Source: Gammaproteobacteria bacterium (GTDB taxonomy: Bacteria > Pseudomonadota > Gammaproteobacteria > UBA4575). From it: 64,000 nt of DNA. The DNA is taken from contig CBDHFH010000003.1 of the NCBI GenBank assembly GCA_965262455.1, forward strand, positions 242,737 through 306,736. Direction: 5' to 3'. The notes beneath the pieces are model-generated. The model was not told the origin of the DNA, did not search any database, and was given only the letters and a program-made list of their open reading frames with translations. Shown here in pieces: positions 47,554-59,572 of the stretch. The translations under genes were made by a program, and so were the position numbers. The first letter of the stretch is position 1. Every line of letters starts with the position of its first letter.

Positions 47554-49119
47554 TTAAACGTAATAGGAAATAGCAACTGCGGCAGCCACGGCAAGCAATG
47601 CCATTGCAATCGATATTACGCGTTGTTGCTTATATTTTTGTTCTAGTTGTTGTATCTCTTGTTTGAGTAGTGCATGGCGTCTTTTTGGCTCAAGCTCGGC
47701 TTGTAAAAAATAGTTATGTACAAGGGATGGAAATTCTGGCGCTTGCTCAAGTACCTTCGGTAAATGTTTACGCATTCCTTTCACTAACGCTCTCATACCC
47801 ACTTGTTCGCTCATCCAGCGATCTAGAAATGGCTTTGCCGTCTTCCATAAATCCAACTCGGGATCCAGTTGACGACCCAGGCCTTCAATATTTAATAAGG
47901 TCTTTTGCAGCAATACTAACTGTGGTTGAACTTCCATTTGAAAACGTCTAGCCGTTTGGAATAATCTTAGTAATAAGTTACCAAATGAAATTTCACTAAT
48001 CGGTTTTTGGAATATTGGCTCACACACCGTTCTAATGGCTGATTCAAAGTGATCAATACGAGTATCTGCAGGCACCCAGCCAGATTCTAAATGCAATTCT
48101 GCGACACGGCGATAATCTTGATTAAAAAATGCAAGAAGATTTTCTGCTAAATAGCGCTGATCTTCGATAGACAATGTGCCCATGATGCCAAAATCAACAC
48201 CCAAATATTTAGGGTCCTCAGGTGATTCATAAGAAACAAAAATATTGCCGGGGTGCATATCAGCATGAAAAAAATTATGTTTGAATACTTGGGTGAAAAA
48301 TATATTCACGCCACGCTCAGATAATTTTTTCAGATCAATATTGTTTGCTTTTAATGTCTTGATGTCATTCACTGCAATGCCATGAATACGCTCCATCACC
48401 ATGACATTAATGCGGCAGTAATCCCAATAAACTTGAGGCACATACAAGTCAGGGCTGTTCTCAAAATTGCGCCGGAGTTGACTAGCATTTGCCGCTTCGC
48501 GCATCAAATCTAATTCATCCATGACGGTTTGTTCATAATCGGCCACTACTTCGCGTGGTCGCAAGCGTCTTCCGTCCACCCAATAACGATGCGCTAGATT
48601 AGCAATCAGATGTAAAACTTCTAGATCTTTTTTAATTTGCTTATGCACATCAGGCCGTAATACTTTCACCACTACATCAGAACCATCATGCAGTGTCGCC
48701 GCATGGACCTGTGCAATGGAAGCAGAAGCCAAGGGAGTTTCATCAAATGAAGCAAACATCTCGTTGACACTGCGGCCGAATGCCTTCTCAACAATTTGGC
48801 GCGCTTCTGTGCCTGGAAATGGTGGCACGCGATCTTGTAGTTTAGTTAATTCATCCGCAATATCGTCGGACAACAAATCTCTACGCGTTGACAGTGCTTG
48901 ACCAAATTTGACAAATATAGGGCCAAGATCTTCCAAACTGCGTCTGATACGCACGCCATGAGAAATATCCACACGACGAAACCAGTGCCAGGGAAGCAAT
49001 AACAATAAAAAACGGATCGGTCGAAACAAGTGGATGGCAAAGATGACTTCCTCAAGCCCATTGCGCACCAGTACAATATTTATTTGAATAATGCGAATGA
49101 ATTGACGTAGCAAACGCAT
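47554..49119 (-). CDS. ubiB: Ubiquinone biosynthesis kinase-like protein UbiB
   Basis: LGPIFVKFGQ, ASASIAQVH, FFHADMHPGN, DFG. Confidence 0.96.
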   Translation of the reverse strand: MRLLRQFIRIIQINIVLVRNGLEEVIFAIHLFRPIRFLLLLLPWHWFRRVDISHGVRIRRSLEDLGPIFVKFGQALSTRRDLLSDDIADELTKLQDRVPPFPGTEARQIVEKAFGRSVNEMFASFDETPLASASIAQVHAATLHDGSDVVVKVLRPDVHKQIKKDLEVLHLIANLAHRYWVDGRRLRPREVVADYEQTVMDELDLMREAANASQLRRNFENSPDLYVPQVYWDYCRINVMVMERIHGIAVNDIKTLKANNIDLKKLSERGVNIFFTQVFKHNFFHADMHPGNIFVSYESPEDPKYLGVDFGIMGTLSIEDQRYLAENLLAFFNQDYRRVAELHLESGWVPADTRIDHFESAIRTVCEPIFQKPISEISFGNLLLRLFQTARRFQMEVQPQLVLLQKTLLNIEGLGRQLDPELDLWKTAKPFLDRWMSEQVGMRALVKGMRKHLPKVLEQAPEFPSLVHNYFLQAELEPKRRHALLKQEIQQLEQKYKQQRVISIAMALLAVAAAVAISYYV

Positions 49120-49121
49120 AA

Positions 49122-49712
49122 TTATCTATCGCGGGCTTGTAATCGGTCTATACGCGCTTCTAAACGATCTAGCTGGGCGCGCATCGTATCTACCTCTTGA
49201 ATGAATTGTTCAACTTCCTCTTGTGTGGCAGATACCTGAATATTATCTTGCAGATAATCACGCATATCCTGACGCAAATTATCATGCAGGTCTTTTCTAA
49301 AAGTATGTAATGCGCGCGCACCTTTCCCCAACTGATGAGCAATAGTATCACCTGTATACTTTGAAACTATTTCTTCCCAGTCAATTTCAATGTCGCGTAA
49401 GGTATTTTGCATCACACTTGCAATATGCGCATCGCCGTTAATTTCTATCTTGCCACTTTTGATAAGCTGGTCTTGATCGACGCCCATTAGCGTATCTGAT
49501 AACACTTTAGCCGACACTATAATTTCAACATCTGCAGTCAGATCATTGTCAGCTAACTGAAAAATTCCATCTTCCACCAACACTAGTAAATCAAGATCAA
49601 TTTCTCGAATAACAATGCGAACAAGCTTGCCCTCAATTTGATTAAGTTGGCTGGCACGCTCGACATCCTGTTGAAGATATTTGTTGAGTGCAGAAATGAT
49701 AAAATGTTTCAT
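49122..49712 (-). CDS. ubiJ: Ubiquinone biosynthesis protein UbiJ (SCP2 domain)
   Basis: IEINGDA, IDWEE..S...GD, C-terminal DRLEARI; lies between ubiE and ubiB. Confidence 0.9.
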   Translation of the reverse strand: MKHFIISALNKYLQQDVERASQLNQIEGKLVRIVIREIDLDLLVLVEDGIFQLADNDLTADVEIIVSAKVLSDTLMGVDQDQLIKSGKIEINGDAHIASVMQNTLRDIEIDWEEIVSKYTGDTIAHQLGKGARALHTFRKDLHDNLRQDMRDYLQDNIQVSATQEEVEQFIQEVDTMRAQLDRLEARIDRLQARDR

Positions 49713-49724
49713 TTTGTATTTTAC

Positions 49725-50471
49725 TTAGTATTTGTAACCAAGATGCGCGGCAACAATGCCACCAGTCATGTTTACGTATCGACATCGCTCAAACCCGGCC
49801 TCGTTAAACATGCCTTTTAGCGTGTCTTGGTCAGGGTGCATACGAATTGACTCGGCCAGATACTTATAGCTATCTGCATCTTTCGCGACCCATTCACCTA
49901 GGCGAGGCAAAACTGAAAAAGAATACATATCATAAACAGGTGCAAGCCATGATTCTGGCTTAGAAAACTCCAATACAAGAAACTTTCCACCCGGCTTTAG
50001 TTTGTCATAAGCTGAGGCCAAGCACTTTTCTTTATAGGTCACATTACGCAAGCCAAAGGCCATAGTAATACAATCAAAGCTATTGTCAGCAAATGGTAAA
50101 GTCTCTGCATTTGCCTGTACATAATGCAGATTCCCCATCCGGCCGCGATCAACCATCCTTTCACGGCCTACAGATAACATGCTGGCGTTAATATCACATA
50201 AGATTACCTGCCCCATCGGGCCAACACTCTCATTTAACGCCGCGGCCAGATCACCTGTACCACCAGCCAAATCAAGTACCTTTTGCTTAGGTCTGACTGC
50301 GGCGATATGTAAAGCAAACTTTTTCCATAGACGATGTAGGCCAAATGACATTAAGTCATTCATTACATCATAATTATCTGCAACCGATTCGAATACTTGT
50401 CTGACGCGTTGTGTCTTTTCTTTTGGCGTGACGTTTGTGTATCCGAAATGGGTGTTTTCGTTATTATCCAT
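49725..50471 (-). CDS. ubiE: Ubiquinone/menaquinone C-methyltransferase UbiE
   Basis: [48 protein letters not shown]. Confidence 0.97.
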   Translation of the reverse strand: MDNNENTHFGYTNVTPKEKTQRVRQVFESVADNYDVMNDLMSFGLHRLWKKFALHIAAVRPKQKVLDLAGGTGDLAAALNESVGPMGQVILCDINASMLSVGRERMVDRGRMGNLHYVQANAETLPFADNSFDCITMAFGLRNVTYKEKCLASAYDKLKPGGKFLVLEFSKPESWLAPVYDMYSFSVLPRLGEWVAKDADSYKYLAESIRMHPDQDTLKGMFNEAGFERCRYVNMTGGIVAAHLGYKY

Positions 50472-50479
50472 ATAATTAG

Positions 50480-50842
50480 TTAGTGGGTTTTTCTTGTATG
50501 CCCTGCAGCTGCCAGTCTATCTAAATAGTTTTGCCATTTTTTATCTTTCTCAGCACCTAATTCATACAAATGCTGCCAACTGTATAAGCCTGAGCTATGG
50601 TTATCATCAAACACTAGCTTCACTGCATAATTGCCAACAGGCTCAATGGCAGTAATATTGACATCTTCCTTGCCCACCTGCAGCACTTCTTGGCCTGGCC
50701 CATGACCCATCACTTCTGCAGATGGGGAATACACACGCAGATACTCACAACTTAATTCAAAGCGTGAACCATCATCAAAAGCTATTTCCAATACTCGGGA
50801 CTTTTGATGTAACTGAATTTCTGTTGGAGTTACTTTACTCAT
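50480..50842 (-). CDS. DUF971 (gamma-butyrobetaine hydroxylase N-terminal-like) protein
   Basis: [33 protein letters not shown]. Confidence 0.92.
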   Translation of the reverse strand: MSKVTPTEIQLHQKSRVLEIAFDDGSRFELSCEYLRVYSPSAEVMGHGPGQEVLQVGKEDVNITAIEPVGNYAVKLVFDDNHSSGLYSWQHLYELGAEKDKKWQNYLDRLAAAGHTRKTH

Positions 50843-50870
50843 ATTATTTTCCTTACATTAATATTACTTG

Positions 50871-52205
50871 CTACAAAATATAACGACTCAAATCTTCGTC
50901 TTTGCTTAGCTCGGATACATTGTCTTCGACATACTGCTGATCTATCACCACCTTTTCACCACTCTTGTCAGGCGCTTCAAAAGATAGCTTTTCTAACAAT
51001 CGTTCCATGATAGTGTGCAAGCGGCGCGCGCCAATATTTTCGGTGCGCTCATTGACATCATAAGCTGTTTGCGCAATGCATTTAATGCCGTCTTCAGTAA
51101 ATTCTAAATGCACTCCTTCCGTTGCCATTAGTTCTATATATTGCTCGCTCAGAGAAGCATTCGGTTCAACTAAAATTCTGACAAAGTCTTCCACTGACAA
51201 TGCATTTAGCTCCACGCGAATTGGCAATCGCCCTTGTAACTCAGGCACAAGATCGGTTGGTTTTGACAAATGAAATGCACCAGAGGCGATAAATAAAATA
51301 TGGTCTGTTTTGACAACACCATGTTTTGTTGAAACCGTACAGCCTTCGACCAGTGGCAATAAATCTCTTTGCACACCTTCACGTGATACATCTGTACCAC
51401 TAAACTCTCCGCGTTTAGCCACTTTGTCAATCTCGTCAATGAAGACTATCCCGTTTTGTTCCACCTGACGTAATGCTCTGGCTTTAACATCATCTTCATT
51501 AATTAGTTTTTGTGCTTCTTCATCGACTAATAATTTAAACGCATCTTTGACTTTTAATTTACGTTTATTGGTTTTCTGCGCGCCCATGTTTTGAAACATG
51601 CCTTGTATTTGACTCGCCATATCCTCCATGCCGGGTGGCGTCATGATTTCAACACCCAAAGGATTCGCTCTAAGCTCTATTTCAATCTCGGTGTCATCCA
51701 AGTCGCCCTCGCGCAGTTTTTTGCGAAATTTTTGTCGCGTATCTGAGGCAAAATTGCCAGAGTCGTTGCTTTCAAAACTATCTGCTTTTGGTGATGGCAA
51801 TAACACATCTAATATGCGTTCTTCGGCAGCCTCGGCGGCACGGAAATTTACTTTTGTCATTTCCGTCTCGCGCAATAATTTAATCGCAGTATCGGTTAGA
51901 TCTCTAATTATTGATTCAACATCTCTTCCGACATAACCGACTTCAGTAAATTTAGTCGCTTCCACTTTTATGAATGGTGCATTGGCTAATTTAGCCAGGC
52001 GTCTTGCGATTTCTGTTTTGCCCACACCAGTTGGGCCTATCATTAAAATGTTTTTAGGTGTTACTTCAGTTTGCAATGCTTCTGGCAATTGCATACGTCG
52101 CCAACGGTTACGCAGCGCTATGGCAACAGCACGTTTAGCATCATCTTGGCCAACGATATGTCGATTCAATTCTTCAACAATTTCTCTTGGCGTCATACTC
52201 GACAT
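50871..52205 (-). CDS. hslU: ATP-dependent protease ATPase HslU
   Basis: [37 protein letters not shown]. Confidence 0.98.
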   Translation of the reverse strand: MSSMTPREIVEELNRHIVGQDDAKRAVAIALRNRWRRMQLPEALQTEVTPKNILMIGPTGVGKTEIARRLAKLANAPFIKVEATKFTEVGYVGRDVESIIRDLTDTAIKLLRETEMTKVNFRAAEAAEERILDVLLPSPKADSFESNDSGNFASDTRQKFRKKLREGDLDDTEIEIELRANPLGVEIMTPPGMEDMASQIQGMFQNMGAQKTNKRKLKVKDAFKLLVDEEAQKLINEDDVKARALRQVEQNGIVFIDEIDKVAKRGEFSGTDVSREGVQRDLLPLVEGCTVSTKHGVVKTDHILFIASGAFHLSKPTDLVPELQGRLPIRVELNALSVEDFVRILVEPNASLSEQYIELMATEGVHLEFTEDGIKCIAQTAYDVNERTENIGARRLHTIMERLLEKLSFEAPDKSGEKVVIDQQYVEDNVSELSKDEDLSRYIL

Positions 52206-52239
52206 ATTTAATTCCTTTTAACTACTAACAGCTCTATTG

Positions 52240-52758
52240 TTACAGCTCTTCTAGCGTGACATTTTGATTGGTATAGATACAAATATTGGCAGCGATAGTT
52301 AGAGCACTATCGACGATTTCACGTGCGGACAACTCACTATGATCAAGCAACGCGCGGGCGGCAGCCTGGGCAAAGGGGCCACCTGAACCAATCGCAATCA
52401 GTGAGTCTTCGGGTTCAATGACATCTCCATTGCCGGAAATGATAAGTGATGTGGTTTTATCTGCCACTGCAAGCAACGCTTCAAGACGGCGTAGCATTCG
52501 GTCTGTGCGCCAATCTTTAGCCAGCTCTACCGCAGAGCGTGTGAGATGGCCACTATGTTTTTCAAGCTTACCCTCGAATCGTTCAAACAATGTAAATGCA
52601 TCTGCCGTTCCACCCGCAAAGCCGGCGATGACATTGCCATTATATAGTCGACGAACTTTATTTGCGTTGCCTTTCATGATGGTATTGCCAAGCGTGACCT
52701 GACCATCACCACCTAGGACCACTTCGTTATTACGTCTCACAGAAACAATTGTAGTCAT
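52240..52758 (-). CDS. hslV: ATP-dependent protease subunit HslV
   Basis: [33 protein letters not shown]. Confidence 0.98.
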   Translation of the reverse strand: MTTIVSVRRNNEVVLGGDGQVTLGNTIMKGNANKVRRLYNGNVIAGFAGGTADAFTLFERFEGKLEKHSGHLTRSAVELAKDWRTDRMLRRLEALLAVADKTTSLIISGNGDVIEPEDSLIAIGSGGPFAQAAARALLDHSELSAREIVDSALTIAANICIYTNQNVTLEEL

Positions 52759-52849
52759 GCTATCGCCTTAATATTTAATAGGCGCGAATTGTACACGACT
52801 GCACACACTGGCGGTTATCTACCAAAATAGGAATTAGCTATTGAGAGGT

Positions 52850-53758
52850 TTACGTGGTCTTCTTGCGAGCGCGCGGGTGAGCCTGGTCATAAACCTTAGC
52901 TAAATGCTGGAAATCAAGTTGTGTATAGACTTGAGTTGTACTGATATTGGCATGTCCGAGCAATTCTTGTACAGAACGAAGGTCACCGCTTGACTCTAAC
53001 AGATGGCTGGCGAAAGAATGACGCAGCATATGCGGATGAACATGCACACCAAGGGCGGTTTTTTGCGCCTGCTCACGCATTCTTTTTTGCACAGCACGTT
53101 GCGATAAGCGTGATCCACGATGATTAATAAATACCGCAGCTTCTCCCTCATTGGCGATGTTCTCACGTAGGTTTAGCCAGCCACTCAATGCTTCTCGTGC
53201 TTGCTGGCCAATGGGCAAATAGCGTGTTTTATTTCCTTTACCAATTATTTTTAGCTGGCCGGCCTGTAAATCAACATCGACTAGATCGAGATTGACAAGT
53301 TCCGATAAACGCAGACCTGACGAATACATCAATTCCATCATGGCATGATCACGCATTTCTAACGGACTGGAGGGTGTGCCACTCAACAAGCGATCAACCT
53401 GATCCACATCCAGTACCTTTGGTAGCTTCTTGGCTCCTTTAGGCGCTCTGACATCGGCGGCCGGGTTTGCACCAATTTTATTATTTTTAATGAGGTGTTT
53501 ATAGAAACCACGCAAAGATGATAACAATCGTTGCATACTGCTCTCAGCTAAGCCTTTGCGATGACAGCTAGCAATATAGGCACGAATGTTATGAATACTT
53601 GCTTGTGTGATATCCGTTATTTCTTGATCTGACAGATAGCGAATGAAGTCCGTCAAATCTCTTTGATAACTCGCAATCGTGGCGGGGGAGTAGTGCTTAA
53701 TGGTGCGTAGATAGTCTAAATAGTCGTTTAACGTCTGCTCTACCATTCCATTAGTCAT
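52850..53758 (-). CDS. xerC: Tyrosine recombinase XerC
   Basis: GLRLSEL, GKGNK, HPHMLRHSFA, QELLGH, TTQVYT, HPRA; follows dapF-DUF484. Confidence 0.95.
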   Translation of the reverse strand: MTNGMVEQTLNDYLDYLRTIKHYSPATIASYQRDLTDFIRYLSDQEITDITQASIHNIRAYIASCHRKGLAESSMQRLLSSLRGFYKHLIKNNKIGANPAADVRAPKGAKKLPKVLDVDQVDRLLSGTPSSPLEMRDHAMMELMYSSGLRLSELVNLDLVDVDLQAGQLKIIGKGNKTRYLPIGQQAREALSGWLNLRENIANEGEAAVFINHRGSRLSQRAVQKRMREQAQKTALGVHVHPHMLRHSFASHLLESSGDLRSVQELLGHANISTTQVYTQLDFQHLAKVYDQAHPRARKKTT

Positions 53759-53760
53759 AA

Positions 53761-54489
53761 TTACTGTTTAAGCAATTTTTTCAACTTTCGACTGAGTAAA
53801 TCAGCTAAATATTCTAAGAACAATGTGCCCATCCCTTCATAGAAGCGATTCTCATTAGAACTGCCAAGCAATAATACACCAAAATTTTTATTGCTACGCA
53901 AAGGTATCGCAACACCTGACTTAACATCAACACGTTTAACAAATAAGTCCATCAGTCCTTTGCCACGCAGAAATATACAGTCGCGGCAATTTTCCATAAT
54001 AATTTGCTTATAAAACACATAGTCCAAATCGGCTTCGGTAATAGTATTTTCCGGAGGGACAGTGTATTCCGGCGCAACATCGTATAGTCCTAAACGAATC
54101 TGCAGTGAAGGGAATTCATTATTAAGTAAATCGTTAATAATAGGAACGATATTCTTATTATGATCAATTTCAATTAAACGACGCGCAATTCTGTGTAATT
54201 GCTCTTCTAGTATCTCGTTGTCTTGGGCAATTTGTACAAGATGGAGAATCTTCTTCTCTAGGCTGCTGTTCTTTTCTCGTAATAACTGAATTTGTCTTTC
54301 AACTAAAGACACAGCATCACCAGACTCATGCTTAATATCTAAGTCACGCAATAATGCAGGATGCTGGTTAAAGAATTCCGGGTGTTGCAGCAAGTAATCC
54401 TTGACCTTAACGGGATCAATTGACGTAACCGTTTCACTGCGCCTTGCACTGGTGCCGGCACTTGCGTGAATTTCGGATTTAGTTGTCAT
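53761..54489 (-). CDS. DUF484 (YigA) family protein
   Basis: YLLQHPEFF, AVSLVERQ, LLLGS...RF..GMGTLFL. Confidence 0.92.
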   Translation of the reverse strand: MTTKSEIHASAGTSARRSETVTSIDPVKVKDYLLQHPEFFNQHPALLRDLDIKHESGDAVSLVERQIQLLREKNSSLEKKILHLVQIAQDNEILEEQLHRIARRLIEIDHNKNIVPIINDLLNNEFPSLQIRLGLYDVAPEYTVPPENTITEADLDYVFYKQIIMENCRDCIFLRGKGLMDLFVKRVDVKSGVAIPLRSNKNFGVLLLGSSNENRFYEGMGTLFLEYLADLLSRKLKKLLKQ

Positions 54490-55313
54490 AGATAAATACT
54501 CCCCTCAAAACTGAATTTAGTTGGTCCAGTCATTTGTAAAGAACCATTGTCTGATCGGTGAATTTCAAGTGCTCCACCCGGCATAGTGACCCTGACTGTG
54601 CCATCTACTCTGTCTCTCTGTTGTGCAACAGCCGCCGCAGCACATGCACCCGATCCGCTAGCCAATGTCTCTCCCACGCCACGTTCAAATATTCTTTGTG
54701 TAATGTTGCTGCGATCGTCTACCTGCACAAATTGAACATTGGTTTTATTTGGGAAACGCTCATCTACTTCAAGCTGGCTTCCAATCTCATTTACATCTGT
54801 CGAGTTAACATCATTAACAAATACGACTGCATGCGGATTACCCATTGAGACAACTGAAAATTCTACTTGCTGATTATCAATTGGCGCATAGTATACATTG
54901 TTCGCGTTAACTTCGTTAAACGGAATTTTTGCTGCATCAAACTCAGGGGCACCCATATCAACTGTGACATTTATGTCATCGCGCACATGCAGTGTAAACA
55001 CACCTGCAAGCGTTTCAACTTTCATTATATTTTTATTTGTTAACCCCTGCTGTTTTACAAATTGAGCAAAACAGCGCGCACCGTTACCACATTGCTCTAC
55101 TTCACTGCCGTCACTATTAAATATTCGGTAACGAAAATCAACATCTTCTTGAGTTGACGCTTGAGCAATTAACAATTGATCGCAACCAATACCAAACTTT
55201 CTGTGTGCTAAATGACGGATATTTTGTTCATTTAAACTTATCTTCTGCGTGACACCATCAAGCAAAACAAAGTCATTGCCTAAGCCATGCATTTTTACAA
55301 AATTAAGTTTCAC
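54486..55313 (-). CDS. dapF: Diaminopimelate epimerase
   Basis: KMHGLGNDF, EQCGNGARC, SMGNPH, ERGVGETLASGSG. Confidence 0.96.
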   Translation of the reverse strand: MKLNFVKMHGLGNDFVLLDGVTQKISLNEQNIRHLAHRKFGIGCDQLLIAQASTQEDVDFRYRIFNSDGSEVEQCGNGARCFAQFVKQQGLTNKNIMKVETLAGVFTLHVRDDINVTVDMGAPEFDAAKIPFNEVNANNVYYAPIDNQQVEFSVVSMGNPHAVVFVNDVNSTDVNEIGSQLEVDERFPNKTNVQFVQVDDRSNITQRIFERGVGETLASGSGACAAAAVAQQRDRVDGTVRVTMPGGALEIHRSDNGSLQMTGPTKFSFEGSIYL

Positions 55314-55351
55314 TAGCGTTTGTCGTGAGTTATAGAATGAAGTTAAGTAGA

Positions 55352-55783
55352 TTATTCGTTATTGTTCTGGTTTATAGCCAAACGTAAAATTTCTTTATAT
55401 ATACATCGATCCATAATGATAGAAATGCCAGCATTATGTGCTTTTTTTTCTGCCTCTGAATCTGTAACACCTTCTTGTAGCCATATTTTTTTTATTCCCA
55501 GCGTGATGCACGCATCAACAATGTCACTGACATATTTTGATGCACGAAATACATTTACCAGATCAACCTTAAATGGAATATTTTCCAGTGCGTTATACGC
55601 CTTTTCTCCTAGTACTGCGCTGACAGCAGGCCTTACTGGTACAATTGCATAAGAAAAGGTTTGCAAGTGTTTCGCCACTTGATGACTCTGTCTATTGGCT
55701 TTAGGCGATAACCCAACAACTGCAATTGTTTTAACATCTTGCAGAAGCTCTATCATTGCTTGGTCAGAATAATGGTTATGCAT
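55352..55783 (-). CDS. CoA-binding protein (YccU-like)
   Basis: TIAVVGLS, VDLVNVFR, IWLQEG, MDRC. Confidence 0.9.
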   Translation of the reverse strand: MHNHYSDQAMIELLQDVKTIAVVGLSPKANRQSHQVAKHLQTFSYAIVPVRPAVSAVLGEKAYNALENIPFKVDLVNVFRASKYVSDIVDACITLGIKKIWLQEGVTDSEAEKKAHNAGISIIMDRCIYKEILRLAINQNNNE

Positions 55784-55825
55784 ATAACTGACTTATTAAC
55801 CGTAGTAATTAACGTTATGTTTGCA

Positions 55826-57082
55826 CTAAAGCAGACATTCATTCTGCCATAACTCTTCCAGTGCTTCGCGCCGACGAATCATATGCACTTGCTCACCCTC
55901 AATTAACAACTCGCATGGCCGCGGTCGTGAGTTGTAGTTGCTAGCCATTGTCATGGCATAAGCACCAGCAGACATAACAGCTAGTAGCTCGCCTGGCATA
56001 AGTGCCTGCAGCGAACGTTGTTTTGCAAAAAAATCTCCACTTTCACACACTGGACCCACAACATCATAGGTTTTCTCTTCTCGTTGTGAATCTTGATAAA
56101 CAGGCAGCAAGTGATGCCAGGCATGGTAAAGCGCCGGCCTGATGAGATCGTTCATGGCAGCATCTACCATGGCAAACTGGTTAATACCAATGTCCTTGAT
56201 ATATTCGACGGTGGTGATTAACGCTCCTGCATTGGCAACAATGGATCTGCCGGGTTCGACAATCAGCTGATACTGTTTGTTCTCAAATAAGGGCACAATT
56301 TGCTCGGCGTAGGCGCTGAACTCTGGTGGACTCTCTTGTTCATACTGAATACCAAAGCCACCACCAAGATCAATGTGCCGCAATTGAATGTCAAGCTGTT
56401 CTAACTCTTGAACAAATTTAAACACAAGCTTGGCTGCATCGACATAGGGCGCTGTATCTGTTAACTGTGAACCAATATGGCAATCCACGCCCACCGGCTT
56501 CACCCATGGATCATTTTTAATTGACTCATATAATGCTAACGCTCGATGTGTTGCAATACCGAACTTACTCTCCTTTAATCCAGTAGAAATATAAGGATGC
56601 GTATTGGGATTGACGTCTGGATTGATCCTCAGTGACACATTGACTGGCGATTGCATATCTTTAGCGATGTCACCGATCAGAGTTAACTCATGCTCGGATT
56701 CAACGTTAATGCAACCAATTTGACAATGTATTGCATGACGAATTTCATCTTCACGTTTGGCTACACCAGAGAACATGACTTTACTTGCGTCTCCCCCTGC
56801 TAACATGACGCGCTCAAGCTCACCCACCGATACAATATCGAAACCAGCGCCCCACTGTGCCAACATTTGTAACAATGCAAGATTGGAATTTGCTTTCACT
56901 GCATAACAAGGTAGAAAATCTACTCTAGAAAATGCACTGCATAATTCAACCCAGCGCGTCATTATGGCTGTTTTAGAATAGACATATGCAGGTGTGCCAT
57001 ATTCTAAAGCTAGCGCAGATATATCAACATCCTCGACAAATAACTTATTTTGCCGATATTCAAATCCGGGAAATTGCTTCAC
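55826..57082 (-). CDS. lysA: Diaminopimelate decarboxylase
   Basis: YAVKAN, HPYISTG, HIGSQ, GGGFG, EPGR, GPVCESGD, GAY..M.SNYN. Confidence 0.97.
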   Translation of the reverse strand: MKQFPGFEYRQNKLFVEDVDISALALEYGTPAYVYSKTAIMTRWVELCSAFSRVDFLPCYAVKANSNLALLQMLAQWGAGFDIVSVGELERVMLAGGDASKVMFSGVAKREDEIRHAIHCQIGCINVESEHELTLIGDIAKDMQSPVNVSLRINPDVNPNTHPYISTGLKESKFGIATHRALALYESIKNDPWVKPVGVDCHIGSQLTDTAPYVDAAKLVFKFVQELEQLDIQLRHIDLGGGFGIQYEQESPPEFSAYAEQIVPLFENKQYQLIVEPGRSIVANAGALITTVEYIKDIGINQFAMVDAAMNDLIRPALYHAWHHLLPVYQDSQREEKTYDVVGPVCESGDFFAKQRSLQALMPGELLAVMSAGAYAMTMASNYNSRPRPCELLIEGEQVHMIRRREALEELWQNECLL

Positions 57083-57126
57083 TGTAATGCCTGTATGATG
57101 AAATAATATTAAGTAGTGATTGCGAA

Positions 57127-57336
57127 CTACTTAGCTTGATCTTGTTGTTCTTGTTGCACTTCTGTTGGCGGGCTTTGTTCTGCTGTTTGTTCACTTTCAG
57201 CAGGCGGCGCATACAAGTCACCATACTGGCCACATGCAGACAGCAATAGCATAGTAAATAAAATCAGCATTAATAATATTCGATTCAAGTGCGTCCACCT
57301 GGAAGATAAGGCTGGCAAGAAAGTAGTTGTTGGCAA
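57127..57336 (-). CDS. lptM: Small lipoprotein LptM/YifL-like (true start probably later)
   Basis: LSACGQYGDLYAP resembles CGxKGPLY; upstream of lysA/dapF. Confidence 0.75.
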   Translation of the reverse strand: MPTTTFLPALSSRWTHLNRILLMLILFTMLLLSACGQYGDLYAPPAESEQTAEQSPPTEVQQEQQDQAK

Positions 57337-57371
57337 TTATAGCGATGTCTCTAGCAAGATAATATAGGAAA

Positions 57372-58037
57372 GTGATGCGTGCATTAGATTACATACAAGA
57401 AAACCATGGTGATAACCCTGATGCGACCATTGTTTGGTTACATGGATTAGGCGCTGATGGCTATGACTTCAAGCCAATTGTTAAACAATTGAATTTACCC
57501 GCCGACATATCCGTGCGGTTTGTGTTTCCACATGCGCCGGTACAACCCGTCACTATCAACAACGGTGTCAGCATGAATGCTTGGTATGACATTTATGGCT
57601 TAGACCTTGAGGCAGATGAAGACGAAATGGGTATCTACGACTCGATGCATGCTGTTGAGTCTTTAATTAATAAAACATCAGCAGACGTCGATGCCAAGCG
57701 CATCCTAGTTGCGGGTTTTTCTCAGGGAGGCGCACTCGCATTACATACTTTATTACATGGCAGCGTTGCAATTGGAGGCGTACTTGCCTTATCAAGCTAC
57801 TTACCACTGCGCGAATCAGCTTTAGACGCCAATAAAGAAAGAGTACATCAGCAAGAAATATTTTTAGCGCATGGTGAATACGATGAGGTACTGCCATTAC
57901 AAGCGGGCGACTTAGCACGTGGCATTTTGCTGACATTAGGTGCCCGCGTCACTTGGCAAATTTATCCTATGGGACACGAACTATGCGCCGCACAAATCGA
58001 ACATATTCGCACATGGATCATTGAGCGACTTAGTTAG
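57372..58037 (+). CDS. Carboxylesterase/phospholipase (alpha/beta hydrolase)
   Basis: WLHGLGADG, AWYD, AGFSQGG, HG.YD.V, MGHE. Confidence 0.92.
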   Translation: MMRALDYIQENHGDNPDATIVWLHGLGADGYDFKPIVKQLNLPADISVRFVFPHAPVQPVTINNGVSMNAWYDIYGLDLEADEDEMGIYDSMHAVESLINKTSADVDAKRILVAGFSQGGALALHTLLHGSVAIGGVLALSSYLPLRESALDANKERVHQQEIFLAHGEYDEVLPLQAGDLARGILLTLGARVTWQIYPMGHELCAAQIEHIRTWIIERLS

Positions 58038-58053
58038 AGGCAATAATTAATAC

Positions 58054-59475
58054 TTAAGAATTAATAATCGCGCGCGCAGCAATTATTTGCTGACGGACCT
58101 GTTCTGGACTGGTGCCGCCTGTGACTTGTTTTGATTCTGCAGAGCCACGTGTTTGTAGCACACGATAAACGTCCTCATCGATTTGGTTTGAAATTGACTG
58201 AAACTGTTCAAGCGATAGTTGCGGTAACTCTTTATCTTCCTCGATTGCAAGACGAACTGTTCTACCAACGATTTCATGGGCGTCACGAAACGCCACACCT
58301 TTCGCAACCAAGTAGTCGGCAAGGTCTGTTGCTGTTGCATAGCCTTTGTTGACGGCCTGTGCGAGAGTGTCTTGCTTGAAAATAATATGCGGAATCATAT
58401 CTGCGTATACACGCACACTTCCCAGTACAGTATCTATGGTATCAAACAAAGGTTCTTTATCTTCCTGGTTGTCTTTGTTGTAGGCCAGAACTTGAGACTT
58501 CATTAATGTCAGCAATGACATTAAATTGCCAAATACGCGTCCACTCTTTCCTCTCACCAGCTCAGGGACATCAGGATTTTTTTTCTGCGGCATAATAGAA
58601 GAACCGGTACAGAAACGATCGGGTAATTCTATAAACTCAAATTGCTGCGAGGCCCACAGCACAAGCTCTTCTGACATGCGCGAAAGATGCATCAGTAGTA
58701 CAGATGCAAAAGAGCAAAATTCAATGGCAAAGTCTCTGTCACTGACTGCGTCCAGAGAGTTATTACTAATTGCATCAAAGCCCAGCTGCTGAGCGACATA
58801 CTCACGATCCAATGGAAAAGGTGTACCTGCTAACGCGGCGGATCCCAGCGGCATTACATTCACACGCTTCTTGCAATCTGCCAAACGGGCGCGATCACGT
58901 ACAAGCATTTCAAACCACGCCATCATATGGTGGCCAACTGTGATGACTTGTGCCACCTGTAAATGGGTAAACCCTGGCATCAAGGTATCACTGTGTTGCT
59001 CCGCAAGAGTGACAATACCGGTCTGCATGCGTAATAGTTCTTGATCGATGTAATCGATTTGTTCACGTAAATACAAGCGAATATCCGTCGCTACTTGATC
59101 GTTGCGTGAACGCCCGGTATGTAATTTTTTTCCTGCGGCACCTATTTTATCGACTAGACGAGACTCAATATTCATATGCACATCTTCAAGATTCACGCGC
59201 CAGGTAAATTCACCCTGTTCAATTTCTTGCTTTATCTCATCCAGCGCCTTCACGATTGACTGACACTCATCTTCACTAAGTACCGCTATTTTTGCCAACA
59301 TACGCGCATGCGCCTGTGATCCAGCAATATCTTGCGCATACATGCGTTGATCAAATGCGACAGATGCCGTAAATTCCTCCACGAATGCATCCGTTGACTC
59401 CGTGAATCTTCCACCCCAGGGCTTACTTTCTTGATTACCCTCAGGGGATGGGCGTTTAGTGTTGTGATTAGACAT
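58054..59475 (-). CDS. argH: Argininosuccinate lyase
   Basis: [33 protein letters not shown]. Confidence 0.98.
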   Translation of the reverse strand: MSNHNTKRPSPEGNQESKPWGGRFTESTDAFVEEFTASVAFDQRMYAQDIAGSQAHARMLAKIAVLSEDECQSIVKALDEIKQEIEQGEFTWRVNLEDVHMNIESRLVDKIGAAGKKLHTGRSRNDQVATDIRLYLREQIDYIDQELLRMQTGIVTLAEQHSDTLMPGFTHLQVAQVITVGHHMMAWFEMLVRDRARLADCKKRVNVMPLGSAALAGTPFPLDREYVAQQLGFDAISNNSLDAVSDRDFAIEFCSFASVLLMHLSRMSEELVLWASQQFEFIELPDRFCTGSSIMPQKKNPDVPELVRGKSGRVFGNLMSLLTLMKSQVLAYNKDNQEDKEPLFDTIDTVLGSVRVYADMIPHIIFKQDTLAQAVNKGYATATDLADYLVAKGVAFRDAHEIVGRTVRLAIEEDKELPQLSLEQFQSISNQIDEDVYRVLQTRGSAESKQVTGGTSPEQVRQQIIAARAIINS

Positions 59476-59572
59476 AATTAACGATGGCCGCTATTGGATC
59501 AGACGTGGCGAGAGTATACCTAAGGGACACTAGTGTTTAAAAATAAACTTGCCTGATAAACTCAAATAATAC

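Noticed and set aside
52850-53758. Tyrosine recombinase as a phage or island integrase
   Set aside because: Canonical dapF-DUF484-xerC context and XerC C-terminal HPRA
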